Shown here: positions 12,838 through 23,713 of the stretch, piece after piece
Numbering within the stretch: the first letter of the stretch is position 1
Layout of the letters: every line of letters starts with the position of its first letter
Source of the DNA: Octopus vulgaris
Taxonomy: Eukaryota
Assembly (NCBI GenBank): GCA_951406725.2
Contig: OX597825.1
Span: 868,001-932,000 of the forward strand
Reading direction: 5' to 3'
DNA length: 64,000 bases
Made by a program: the position numbers and the translations under genes
The notes under the pieces: generated by a model
What the model was told of the DNA's origin: nothing
Seen by the model: only the letters and a program-made list of their open reading frames with translations
The model's database searches: none

Positions 12838-13057
12838 CCTGAGTAAGCACATAAAAGTGAAACAAGGTGGAAAAAATAGTACTCGAATACCAAAGGTAGA
12901 GTAATATGGTTTATTAAAAAGCAGCAAAAATATCACAAAAACTGTTACTCAGAGTTTCATGTTCCTGTTTGTCAGATAGTTTTGTTTAGAACAAACTGTG
13001 ATGAACGGGAAAGTTATTCTGAATAACAGTTTTTGTGATATTTTTGCTGCTTTTTAA
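12838..13057. mobile_element. Non-autonomous Penelope-type pLTR element with fold-back (arms 12914-12986 and 12989-13057) carrying hammerhead-like cores
   Basis: Minus strand aaaactat-CTGACAA-acaggaacat-GAAA-CTC-t-GAGTA-acagtttt. The plus arm carries a more decayed copy. Sister copy at 19132-19282. Confidence 0.7.
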
Positions 13058-13069
13058 CGAAGTGTTAAA

Positions 13070-14025
13070 TCAAATCAAACCAAATCAAAATAGATGAACA
13101 TCAATGGAATTTGTATCCTTGTGGTACCAGTGCCGGTGGCACATAAGAAAACCATCCGAACGTGGCCGTAGCCAGTACCGCATCGACTGGCCTCCGTGCT
13201 GTGGGCACGTAACAAACACCATCCGATCGTGGTCGTCCGCCAGCCTCGTCTGGCACCTGTGTCGGTGGCACATAAAAAACACCATCCGAGCGTGGCCGTC
13301 TGCCAGCCTCGTCTGGCACCTGTGTCGGTGGCACATAAAAAACACCATCCGAGCGTGGCCGTCTGCCAGCCTCGTCTGGCACCTGTGTCGGTGGCACATA
13401 AAAAACACCATCCGATCGTGGCCATCTGCCAGCTTCGTCTGGCACCTGTGTCGGTGGCACATAAAAAACACCATCCGAGCGTGGCCGTCTGCCAGCCTCG
13501 TCTGGCACCTGTGTCGGTGGCACATAACAAACACCATCCGAGCGTGGCCGTCTGCCAGCCTCGTCTGGCACCTGTGTCGGTGGCACATAAAAAACACCAT
13601 CCGATCGTGGCCGTCTGCCAGCCTCGTATGGCACCTGTGTCGGTGGCACATAAAAAACACCATCCGAGCGTGGCCGTCTGCCAGCCTCGTCTGGCACCTG
13701 TGTCGGTGGCACATAAAAAACACCATCCGATCGTGGCCGTCTGCCAGCCTCGTCTGGCACCTGTGTCGGTGGCACATAAAAAACACCATCCAAGCGTGGC
13801 CGTCTGCCAGCCTCGTCTGGCACCTGTGTCGGTGGCACATAAAATCACCCACTACACTCTCGGAGTGGTTGGCGTTAGGAAGGGCATCCAGCTGTAGAAA
13901 CACTGCCAGATCTGACTGGAGCCTGGTGCAGCCTTCTGGCTTGCCAGACCCCAGTTGAACCGTCCAACCCATGCTAGCATGGAAAGCGGACGTTAAACGA
14001 TGATGATGATGATGATGATGATGAT
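13070..14025 (+). mobile_element. RTE LINE 3' UTR with expanded internal tandem array and (ATG)n tail
   Basis: Ends ..ccgtccaacccatgctagcatggaaagcggacgttaaacgatgatg. The same terminus is joined to RTE coding sequence at 52247-53040. Confidence 0.9.
13136..13845 (+). repeat. 63-bp tandem repeat, about 11 units (9 near-identical)
   Basis: gtggcacata recurs at 13265, 13328, 13391 ... 13832 (period 63). Unit gtggcacataaaaaacaccatccgagcgtggccgtctgccagcctcgtctggcacctgtgtcg. Confidence 0.97.
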
Positions 14026-14154
14026 ATAAAATACACATGAGAAGATGCTTGGTTGTAGTAGCCAGTATATTCACAAACTCAATGAAGAACCCTATTCTGC
14101 AAACAGGAGATTCAAATACATATAATTCATTTATTTATATCTTAATTTACAAAT

Positions 14155-15145
14155 TCTTGTTTAAGTTATTGGACTGTGGCCATGCTGGGGTACCACCATG
14201 AAAGGTTTTGTTGAAGAAACCAATCCTAGTATTTATCTTTTAAGTCTGGCATTTATCTTGTTGGTCTCTTTTACCAAACCATTAACTACATAAACAAAAC
14301 TGGCACTGGTTATCAAGTAGTCATGCTGGGACAAACACACACACACACATACAATGGGCTTCTACACCGTTTCTGTCTACCAAATTCACTCTCAAGGCAT
14401 TGGTCAGCCCTGGGCAACAGTAGGATATATGCATCTTTACCTTTTGACCTACAGATTTTAAAATTAATTTTTCTTAACTAAACACTTTCAAACTTCGGAC
14501 ACTGGTAGAATGTGTCATATAGAATATCTTTTACTCTTAGCATTTTTGAGAAAAACTTATATTTACGAAGTTATTTCACGTCAAAGTTTTCGTAGTTTGG
14601 TAATTTCAACCAATCAATGACATGTGTTCAGCTGAATAAAATTACTGCTGTTGTTTGTCAAACAACTTCCGGCTGTGTATATTTTGTTTGTCACTGTTAT
14701 TTATGGCAACCCTAACCCTAAAACCTTAACCCTAATCCTAAAACCCTAACACCTTAAAACCAGTACAAACACACGAACAATGTCGTAAACAACAGTGACA
14801 AACGAAATATACACAGTCGATAGTTCTTGTTGACAAACAATGGCAGTAATTTTATTCAGCTGAATACACGTCATTGATTGGTTGAAATTACCAAAATACG
14901 AGAACTTTGACGCGAAATAACTTCGTAAATATAAGTTTTTCTCAAAAATGCTAAGAGTAAAAGATATTCTATATGACACATTCTATCAGTGTCCGAAGTT
15001 TGAAATTGTTTAGTTACAAAAAATTATTTTTTAAATCTGTAGGTCAAAAGGTAAAGATCTGGATATACTCACCCAAAGTGCTGCGCAGAGGGACTGAACC
15101 TGAAATTTTAGTTACAATGAAACCACATAGTTACACCTACACCTA
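14155..15145 (-). mobile_element. Family A SINE split by the MITE at 14431-15060
   Basis: SINE body ..gggcaacagtaggatata| resumes as |ggatatactcacccaaagtgctgcgcagagggactgaacc after the MITE. Confidence 0.75.
14431..15060. mobile_element. 630-bp fold-back MITE with ~280-bp arms, 8-bp TSD and telomere-like central spacer
   Basis: Arms 14431-14707 and 14781-15060 are reverse complements. TSD ggatatat/ggatatac. Spacer contains (AACCCT)n-like repeats. Confidence 0.92.
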
Positions 15146-16128
15146 GAGGCATGAAGATGAAATATACCGAATCATAGACATGCATAGTTTGCAGGAAAAT
15201 TATTAAAATTTGTAACACAGTGGGAAATCAATACAGATAAAAATTGCTGTAAATAGCTAAAGTGGCTGAGAAAAATTATCATGGAAAATGACAGTAGGAA
15301 GCAAAGATAAATAAGGGCCCAGAAAATCATAACTGCCACAAAATAATTTGGCTATGCATTCTGGGTGGCTTCATGAACTGCAGACAGAAAATGTTAAATA
15401 CATATGAATCAGCTTCAAAAGATGAAGAATCTAAACTCGTAAATAAAGATGTTGAAATTTGCAGATTCCAGCTTAAGATATTATTGTTATTACTGTGCTA
15501 TTATTGAGAAAAAAATGATATTGCAATGGTTGGAATGCCTTTTCTCATATATCAGGGTTGTCCTGGCGTTGAGAGAGCATCCTGCAAGAACACTTGATTT
15601 GCTGAAATAACAACTGAACAGCCTTTTCCCACTTCCCAACTCTATTATTTTAATATAAGATAATCTTGTCCCTTGGGAACTCAATGTCTGCAATAAAAGA
15701 TGAGACTGTTATTGTTGGAATGCCTTTGGTTCCATGCCCACCTGATCAGAATTGGTTAAAGTTGCTAAAGAACAACGTTCAACAAATCCCCTCAAATCAC
15801 AATATACACGCTGAGAGAATAGGATAAACAGATGAAGAGGCTGCACAACTATAGACAATATTATTTGTTTTAGCCAGAAGTTATCATCAATCTGATAGAA
15901 ATAACAACCACGTCTCCCTCAAATCATATCCTACTATTTTAAAAAAGAACACATTAAAGAATGAGTGCAAAATACATGAAAAGGTATGATAGTCATGGTT
16001 GGAACATCTTTGATCACGTTTGCTGAAGTTAGACAAAAGTAACTTTTTTACATGACATTTGCTAAAGTTCTTCTATTCCCTGACGAAGCCTTTGTCTTTT
16101 CCGACAGCTGAGCAAAGTAGTCGAGTAT

Positions 16129-16176
16129 ACATGTAGCAGTAGTTAAACATGTAGCAGTAGTTAAACATGTAGCAGT
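16129..16176. repeat. 18-bp tandem repeat (acatgtagcagtagttaa), about 2.7 copies
   Basis: Direct inspection. Confidence 0.9.
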
Positions 16177-16436
16177 CTCATTGGATTGCCGGGTAAAGGA
16201 AGACGGCAGAAACATGCTGTTTATGATAAGTAAAACAATCTCAGGAAGTAAACAATTTGTAAGCGATGGCAAAATCTTTGATAAAAAAAATCACAGATAT
16301 TCAAATTTAGCAAAATAGCTGGAGCTTTCTTGAAATACTCGCTGAATCCTATGCTCGCCAGGTATAGGACAAAAATACTATGGTAAAGTTTACATGCAAT
16401 AAAGGGGAGAGGAACGAGATGTTCTGGAACTCTTTA

Positions 16437-16470
16437 TAGACAGACAGATAGATAGACAGACAGACAGACG

Positions 16471-16528
<58 letters not shown>

Positions 16529-16631
16529 CAGATAGACAGACGGATAGATAGATAGATAGAATGACATGGATATAGATAGATAGGTAGATAGACAAACACA
16601 TAGACAGATAGATGGACTGATAGATAGACTG

Positions 16632-16725
<94 letters not shown>
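16437..16725. repeat. Compound (GATA/GACA)n, (TA)n, (GA)n microsatellite
   Basis: Direct inspection. Confidence 0.97.
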
Positions 16726-16729
<4 letters not shown>

Positions 16730-16855
16730 AGAGAGTGTTTTGTTTTAAATTTACTTTTCACTTTTGCAATATGGCCTTCTTCAAAGTCACAAACATCACA
16801 CAGTTCAAGAGACAAGCAATAACCAAACTATGAAAACAGCAGCTTCATTTACACA

Positions 16856-16895
16856 TGACCTTTGACATCAAAGGTCAGCGAATAAATGATGTCAT
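16856..16895. promoter_or_regulatory. Candidate enhancer motif cluster: NurRE-type everted repeat, TCF/LEF site, CRE/AP-1-like site
   Basis: TGACCTTT-gacatc-AAAGGTCA (16856-16877), internal ACATCAAAGG, and ATGATGTCAT (16886-16895). Motif match only. Confidence 0.35.
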
Positions 16896-17013
16896 CAGAC
16901 AGCAGGCAGAACCAGTAGTCAGCATTAGGCCTCAAAGGTTTTATAAAACTGGTTTAAACCGGTTTCATATTATGATCAGTAAAACCGAAACCGATTTTAA
17001 GGTTTGCTGTTTT

Positions 17014-17128
17014 GGATCTTTTCAGTAAAAGATGTTTTATGTAACACATTCTACCAGTATACGAAGTTTAAAAGTGTTTAGTTACAAATAACTATTTTTG
17101 AAATGTGCCGGTCAAAGGGAAAAGATCC
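17014..17128. mobile_element. 115-bp internally deleted derivative of the 14431 MITE family, nested in the hAT
   Basis: GGATCTTTT...AAAAGATCC ends, TSD gctgtttt/gctgtttc. Body matches 14958-15060. Confidence 0.85.
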
Positions 17129-18415
17129 GCTGTTTCTTTTCTTCTTTTTTTTTCACAAAACATTTCTCCATTTTTTCTTTTCAAGAAATATCGTTGAAAC
17201 TGAACTAACTGAACTGTTGTCGGTCGCCTTTAGTTGAGAGTGCTGTCTGTTTCATTGAAACATATCGCAACATATCAATTCTCACCTTCTTTCCCCTTGA
17301 ACCTTAGATCAGCACCTTGTCATCTCCTTCGCTAACCCCTGGCTGACTCTTTGAATTTGCAGGTAACTGAGTTTATTCATAGCAAGTCAAGGGGATGCTG
17401 TTAGTCTTCAGTCGGGTGATCTTTCCCGTTGAGCATATGTAATAACCAGTTCCAGAGTCATTTCAAGGAAGTAACACTAAATTTTTTGATAAAAAAAGTG
17501 AAGAGATCGCCATAACAGACGATAGTGATCGCCATAACAGACGACGGTGATGATGAAGCTGACCTAAGCCAACAAGACATACTTTGTCAAACAGATTTGG
17601 CTCACAAAAATGCTTGTTTTCCCCAGCTAAAACCTGAATTTAGCAGAGTTTTAAAAAAGGTAAGAAAAATTTCAAAACTTTTCCGTAAATCTCCTACAAA
17701 AAAATGAAATTTTGCAAGATTTTGTACGAGCGAACTTTGATAACAGAGAATATAAACTTCTACTGGATTGCAGAACTCGGTGGAATAGCACATTCCATAT
17801 GATTGAGAGATTTTTGAAATTGAAAAGCTGTATTCCAAATGCTTTACGAGCAGAACTTTCCACAGATGCCCATCGCTGACGAAGAATGGAAATCTCTCAA
17901 TTTACTATATGAAATTCTGCATTCAGTAGAAATTCTTTTGAAGGCTATTTACGCTGATAATATGGGTTTACTGAAAGCGGAATATTTTATAGAATTTTTA
18001 TTGAATAAACTGAATATCGTCGGCAACCCTTTGGTTCTAAATTTTCGTGAAAGACTTATTCATAGATATAATAAGAGAAGAAATGTCGAAACCTCGACTC
18101 TCTTGAGGTATTTACATAACCCAAGGAAATTTAAAGGTGAGCCAATTTCTGGACCTTTTCTATTTTTTAATGAAACAACATTTAAGGAAGTATGCTGAGC
18201 AAACATATAGGAGATTATTTCCTGAACATGATGCTGGGAACACAACAGAATTATACAAAGAAAATGAAATAGGAGGGAATATAAAAACAAGTGTTACTGT
18301 TGTCCCGTCTACTTACGAAGGTAATGGACTCATTCGTGAATAAAACAAGCGCAATGAAGAAAATGAATGAAGAGCCCAAGATGGTAACAGATGGATTTGA
18401 AATCTCTAAAGAATT

Positions 18416-18660
18416 CGGGCACTATTTAAGAAGAGTGATCCCGGTGCGCACACTCGCGCATCCGCGCTAGCTAGTTGTGACTAGTCGATCCTACAACGAC
18501 TATCTAGCAAAGGAAATAAAACAAAATAAATAATTTTTTTTACACAAAGTAAATGATTTTTTAAAACAAAGTAAATAAAACACAAAAACACAAAGTAAGG
18601 ATCGACTAGTCACGACTAGCTAGTGCGCGCACCGGGACCACTCTTCTTAAGTAGTACCCG
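18416..18660. mobile_element. MITE with ~70-bp TIRs nested in the hAT
   Basis: cgggcactatttaagaagagtgatcccggtgcgc..ctagttgtgactagtcgatcc versus ggatcgactagtcacgactagctagtgcgcgcaccgggaccactcttcttaagtagtacccg. No clear TSD; superfamily uncertain. Confidence 0.8.
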
Positions 18661-18844
18661 CGGAAACCAGTTTTTAACCGGTTTTGAGAATACTTGAACT
18701 CGGTTTTGGGAATTATTGGTTTTTTACGAAGCCTAGTGAGCATGCATATGAAGAGAGCAGAGGTATTGGAGACATGAATGGAATGAGACTTTAAAAAGAA
18801 GGACTTGGAATATTTAGGAAATGCACATGACAATGCATTACAAA

Positions 18845-18955
18845 TTATATATATATGCCTATACATACATACATACATACATACATACATGCACATATAT
18901 ACATACACATACATATATTCATAGACATACATCTGTATGCCTATATATATATATG

Positions 18956-19009
<54 letters not shown>

Positions 19010-19101
19010 TACACACAAATGTATATACGTACATACATATACACACACTCAGACAGTCAGGCAGACAGACACACACATAAGTACATGTATGTATATATAT
19101 G

Positions 19102-19131
<30 letters not shown>
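18845..19131. repeat. Compound (TACA)n/(TA)n/(CA)n microsatellite
   Basis: Direct inspection. Confidence 0.95.
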
Positions 19132-19132
<1 letters not shown>

Positions 19133-19282
19133 CGGAGTAAACACATAAATGTGAAACAAGGTGGAAAAAAGAGTACTCAAATACCAGTGGTAGAGTAATA
19201 TGCTTTATTTAAAGCAGCAGAAAATTCAACAAAACCTGTTACTCTGAGTTTCCCGTTGCCGTTCGTCGGACAGTTTTTGCTA
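19132..19282 (-). mobile_element. Penelope-type pLTR short element with hammerhead-like core (19278-19231)
   Basis: Minus strand aaaactgt-CCGACGA-acggcaacgg-GAAA-CTC-a-GAGTA-acaggtttt, then aataaa and a 3' segment running into (TA)n. Homologous to 12838-12986. Confidence 0.72.
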
Positions 19283-21019
19283 GAATTCGGTTTTGGGAAT
19301 TATCGTTTTTTTTGCGAACCCTAGTCATCATTTTTATTTCTGTGTTCGTGCGTGTGTGTGTGTGTGTGTATATACAAACATACACAAATATATACAAACA
19401 TACAGATATAAAATGCTTGGAGATGTGACAAGTGGAAAGAAATGTATTTTTAGTTTTTCATATGAAATTCCTGATTATAGCCATTTTGTAACCTTCATCA
19501 TGTAGTATTATTAGTTACAGTATGCAAGATTATGTGTAGATGTTTATATCAATATGTATGCTCATCATTATAGAGTACAAGTGTATATTTACAAATTGAC
19601 GCAAATAAAGGCAGCTGACTCATCAGATCAGCATCCAGGGTAGATGTCATGAGCTGAATAAGATGAGGAGGCTTACAAAACAGCTACAATAACAACGAGG
19701 ATATCACATGGAAAAAATAAAGCAATAAATATACTTTCACTTCTTACACCTCTTCACTTTATACTTTATTTACTCCTTGAGGAAAAATTTATTGTCCAGA
19801 CTTCCAAGATTCTCAATTGCACAGATATAGTGTATTACACTTACACAGTAATTGATAACTCTGCAAACTGACTGCTTATTCCAAATGGGGAGATAATTGT
19901 GAAGGTTGCCTGATTCTCTGAATCCAACTTTTCTACTACTCTGTTATATATATGTATATGTATATAAATGCATGCAACAAACCATCCCTAAACAAGTTTA
20001 ACCATTACCACAGCTAGAATTTGAAGGATGGTTAATTTAGAAACAATAAGAACACAAAATACAAAGGGTTCACAGTCAACAGCACATACAAATAAAAAAA
20101 CGTATATCAGACATATACATCCCATCATCAGCTGCAAAATGGATATCATTATAGTTTCAACACCTAGGCAATACCACTCAATTCAGCAGTGTCAACAATA
20201 ATCATAGAATAACAGAGATGAAGCAGGGGCCAAACATTAGCAGAATATCTTCATTATGTCTCTACCTGCTTCTAGTTACGAAACAAATAAATAGCACCAA
20301 ATTCCAAACATAAACTGTCACATGTCTATCGCTACCAAGCATAGAGATTAAAGAAATAAATATGGAAAGCAAAGAAATACAATCAGCATAGACATTGTCT
20401 CTTAAAGAACTGTGGAAAATGAAAAACTATAAAACATTAAAATAAACAAGAAAACTAAACATAGCAAAGAGAAGTTATTAAACAAAACTCTAAAAACCTA
20501 CATGAGAAATAAATAAAAGAGAAAGCAATAATAACTGAAGGAATCTCTGAACACAAACGAATAATCACCCCAGAACTGCAAACATATAGATTAATTAAAG
20601 AATATAAGCCAATAAATATTGCCACCTAATGACCTATGAAACATAATTAAAACATGAAAACGTAATTAAAATGAACTAAATGTAAACTAATGGAAGAACA
20701 TATCTCTTTAACTGGCTGGTGTCAATCACCTCGGAACATATATAGACATATATACAAATATAAACATTAATACACACAATCACATGGATATGCATGCACA
20801 CACATATATACATCTTGTGTGCACAGCTTGATGTAAGACCACTACAGTTTGAGTCAGAGCTTGGCATAATTTATCCTTACCCAGTTAGCTTTCAGAATAA
20901 TGGTTAGTCTACCACTGTACTTAGTAGTGTTAGCAGTAATAATGATATATAGAACTCCCGTAGGAGAGAATTAGGCAGACAACAAATAGAGACTATTAGT
21001 TCCTTTATATGTTTCTCCC

Positions 21020-21235
21020 TTGTAGTCGTTTGGAACACAGCATTGGATGTTCTGTGGTCACTTGGATGCCTAGCTGCAATGGATCATCGGGGGAACATTT
21101 TATTGCATTCTGTTACTGAGGTCTAATATCAGACATCTGTAACAAAATGCAATAAAGTGTTTCCATGACGATCTATGGCATTTAGGCATCCAAATGCACT
21201 TGGAACACCCAGAGTTGGGTTCCAAACAGCTACAA
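21020..21235. mobile_element. ~215-bp fold-back MITE, diverged
   Basis: ttgtagtcgtttggaac..cttggatgcctag..tttattgcattctgttac versus gtaacaaaatgcaataaa..taggcatccaa..gttccaaacagctacaa. Confidence 0.8.
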
Positions 21236-21684
21236 ATGATGAAACTTATGTAGGAATCAACACTCAATTTATCTCTGTATCTATCTGTCTGGTGAGAGAG
21301 AGAGAGAGAAGAGAAGAGAAGAGAGAGAGAGAGAGAGAGAGATCAAGTTTACTGACAAATAAATTTGATTTTCAACTTAATTTTCAGTCTTGCAATTTCT
21401 CCATGAATAACAAATTCTTTGAGCAAGTCACAAATAAAACCTAAGTCACATAACTTTAGATTTGATTGTGTCTTTGTTTGTTTATATTCACGCATGATTT
21501 TGTCAAACTACTATAATGGCCTGCATGGCTGTTTCTTTTTGTTATACAATCTCTGATGATTTGCTGATGTAATCTAATTACAAGGTAATTCTTTGCATGC
21601 TAGAAATTTTCATGAATAAAATGCATGTAAGGATTTACTGAATAAATGTAAAACTTTATCTCCATTCTCATCACACACACACAC

Positions 21685-22014
21685 AGCTCTGTCTGGCCCC
21701 GTGTCGGTGGCACGTAAAAGCACCATCCGTTCGTGTCCGTTGCCAGCATCGCCTGGCCCCATGCCGATGACACGTAAAAGCACCATCCGTTCGTGGCCGT
21801 TTGCCAGCTCTGTCTGGCACCTGTGCAGGTGGCACGTAAAAAACACCCACTACACTCACGGAGTGGTTGGCGTTAGGAAGGGCATCCAGCCGTAGAAACA
21901 CTGCCAGATCTGACTGGGCCTGACGAAGCCTTCCAGCTTTACAGACCCCAGTTGACCCGTCCAACCCATGCTAGCATGGAAAGCGGACGCTAAATGATGA
22001 TGATGATGATGATG
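21685..22014 (+). mobile_element. RTE LINE 3' UTR (about 3 repeat units) with (ATG)n tail
   Basis: Same terminus as 13850-14025. Confidence 0.9.
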
Positions 22015-22153
22015 AAAATAAGCAACAAGTATATCTGAGGTAGGGTGGTACAATTGTTTCATGCTACTTCATTTTACTAAACAGTGTTTAATAAAATGAA
22101 GTAGCATGAAACAATTGTACCACCCTACCTCGGACATACTTGTTACTTATTTT
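22015..22153. repeat. Near-perfect 139-bp palindrome containing the 3' half of a hammerhead-like core
   Basis: Arms about 68 bp around a 3-nt loop at 22083-22085. Each arm reads outward catGAAACAATTGTAccacc. Confidence 0.9.
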
Positions 22154-22561
22154 GATTATAATCACCCCATTGATTTATATGGATAATACCATACAAAATT
22201 CTGGTGCCTTTGACTTAAGTACCATATTCATCTGAATCTAAATTTTGCTGAACTCATATATATATATATATATACATATACACACATGAATTGGGATTCA
22301 TAGAATTATATAGAACTCACAAAAGCTCACTGCCTAGTGTGTAGCTATTGAGAAAACCCATGGTTAAGACTAGAATGTAGCCTGTCCATTGTTATGAAAG
22401 TCCAGGAATCCCAATGCTGGAGAGTATTTATAAAAACTGATCAGGTAAGAGAAGTGAAAGAATAGACGTTTGTTCCATTGGTTGACTGCTGTTTTGCAAT
22501 CTGTGTTAGTTACGTAAGCTGTGCTACATCATCTGTCACACATATGTAAATACATCACGCA

Positions 22562-22830
22562 CGGCTGTGTGGTAAGAAGTTTGGTTCTCAACCATATCAT
22601 TCTGGTTCAGTCCCTTTGTATGGCACCTTGGCCAAATGTCTTCTACTATAGCCTCAGGTTGACCAAAGCCCTGTGAGTGGACTTGATAGACAGAAACTGA
22701 AAGAAGCCCAATGTGTGTGTGTGTATTGCTTTCCCACCACCGTTTGACAACTTGTGTTGGTTTGTCTACATCCCTGTAACTTGTGGCATTTGTCCTCTTG
22801 AAACTAGGGATTAAGAATAACAAGTATTAG
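22562..22830 (+). mobile_element. Family A SINE
   Basis: ggctgtgtggtaagaag..ggttcagtccc..cttggccaaatgtcttctactatagcc..gtgagtggacttgatagac. Confidence 0.85.
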
Positions 22831-23713
22831 ATATCTAAATAGTGTAGGTTGTGATCGCCCATTCCTTCATTTACGATTATACACAATGTTACAAGCTGAA
22901 GAATAAAGCGGATTTCTGCAATATTGAAATTCAAAGAATATTTGACTACGATTGGTGTCAGTGTAAGGAAACCATCCCGATGTTACAGAATAATAAATAC
23001 ATCGTTACTGGCAAACTAATTTCAGTTATATTATTAATCATCACAAATGGATTTCTTCAAGTCTTGATGTACAGAGAATTGTTTTGTCAAAATACTTCAG
23101 TGTGTCTTTGTGAATAAAGATGTTTATATTAATGTTGAATGCTATTACAATTAATGACGTTAGCTGATGAAGGGAAACATCTGTGCCAAGAGTGAGCATC
23201 CCTTTTCATACTGGCAGCTATTTGTAAGTGCACAAGAACCTGTAAGTGCTTTTGTACTGAGAAGAAAAATAAATGTTCATTCCATAGATTCATAAATTTG
23301 AGGTGACTTCTTCATCAGTAAGCTGTTTCAGGTGTGATTATTGTGGGGAACAAGTTTGCTTACCCAGCTCTATGCAGTTACTCAACCTATGAAAAATAGC
23401 AGCCAAGTATTCTTCAAATCACACCCACCACATAAAGAAAATTAAAAAATGGAAGATCACATTATCTTTAACACCTTAAAAAAAAAACCGAAATGTTATA
23501 GATAGAAAGCTTTCAATGAGATGTTGCTCTATCAGAAACCACAAAGGAAACAATGTTAATGGGATAAGTCCTCTAGAAATTGTTTAAATCATCACTTCTG
23601 ATCATGTGTGTGTGTGTGTGTGTGTATAGTTTGCTGTTCCATTATTAGAAGGGTCAGCAAAAAAAGAAAAGTATTGCATTCAGTGAGAGATAAATATCAT
23701 TTAATAGACACTG

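Larger units (their letters stand above)
16926..18735 (+). mobile_element. Deleted hAT DNA transposon with transposase pseudogene (about 17500-18400)
   Basis: Ends TAGGCCTC.. and ..GAAGCCTA, TSD gtcagcat/gtgagcat (7/8), subterminal aaccg repeats. Translation includes RVLKKVRKISKLFRKSP and LLLDCRTRWNSTFHMIERFLKLK (hAT TRWNS motif). Frameshifted. Confidence 0.9.

Noticed and set aside
13075-14074. Five overlapping 230-330 aa repetitive ORFs and a CRISPR-like appearance
   Set aside because: A 63-bp (3n) tandem unit with few stops is open in most frames. There are no unique spacers and no cas genes, and the repeat lies in a LINE 3' UTR.
14708-14760. Telomere or chromosome-fusion relic
   Set aside because: Short, degenerate and enclosed within a MITE that has a TSD.
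23161-23330. CTGATGA with flanking tagct/agcta and ggga/tccc pairing
   Set aside because: No GAAA box in the correct position after the putative helix II.
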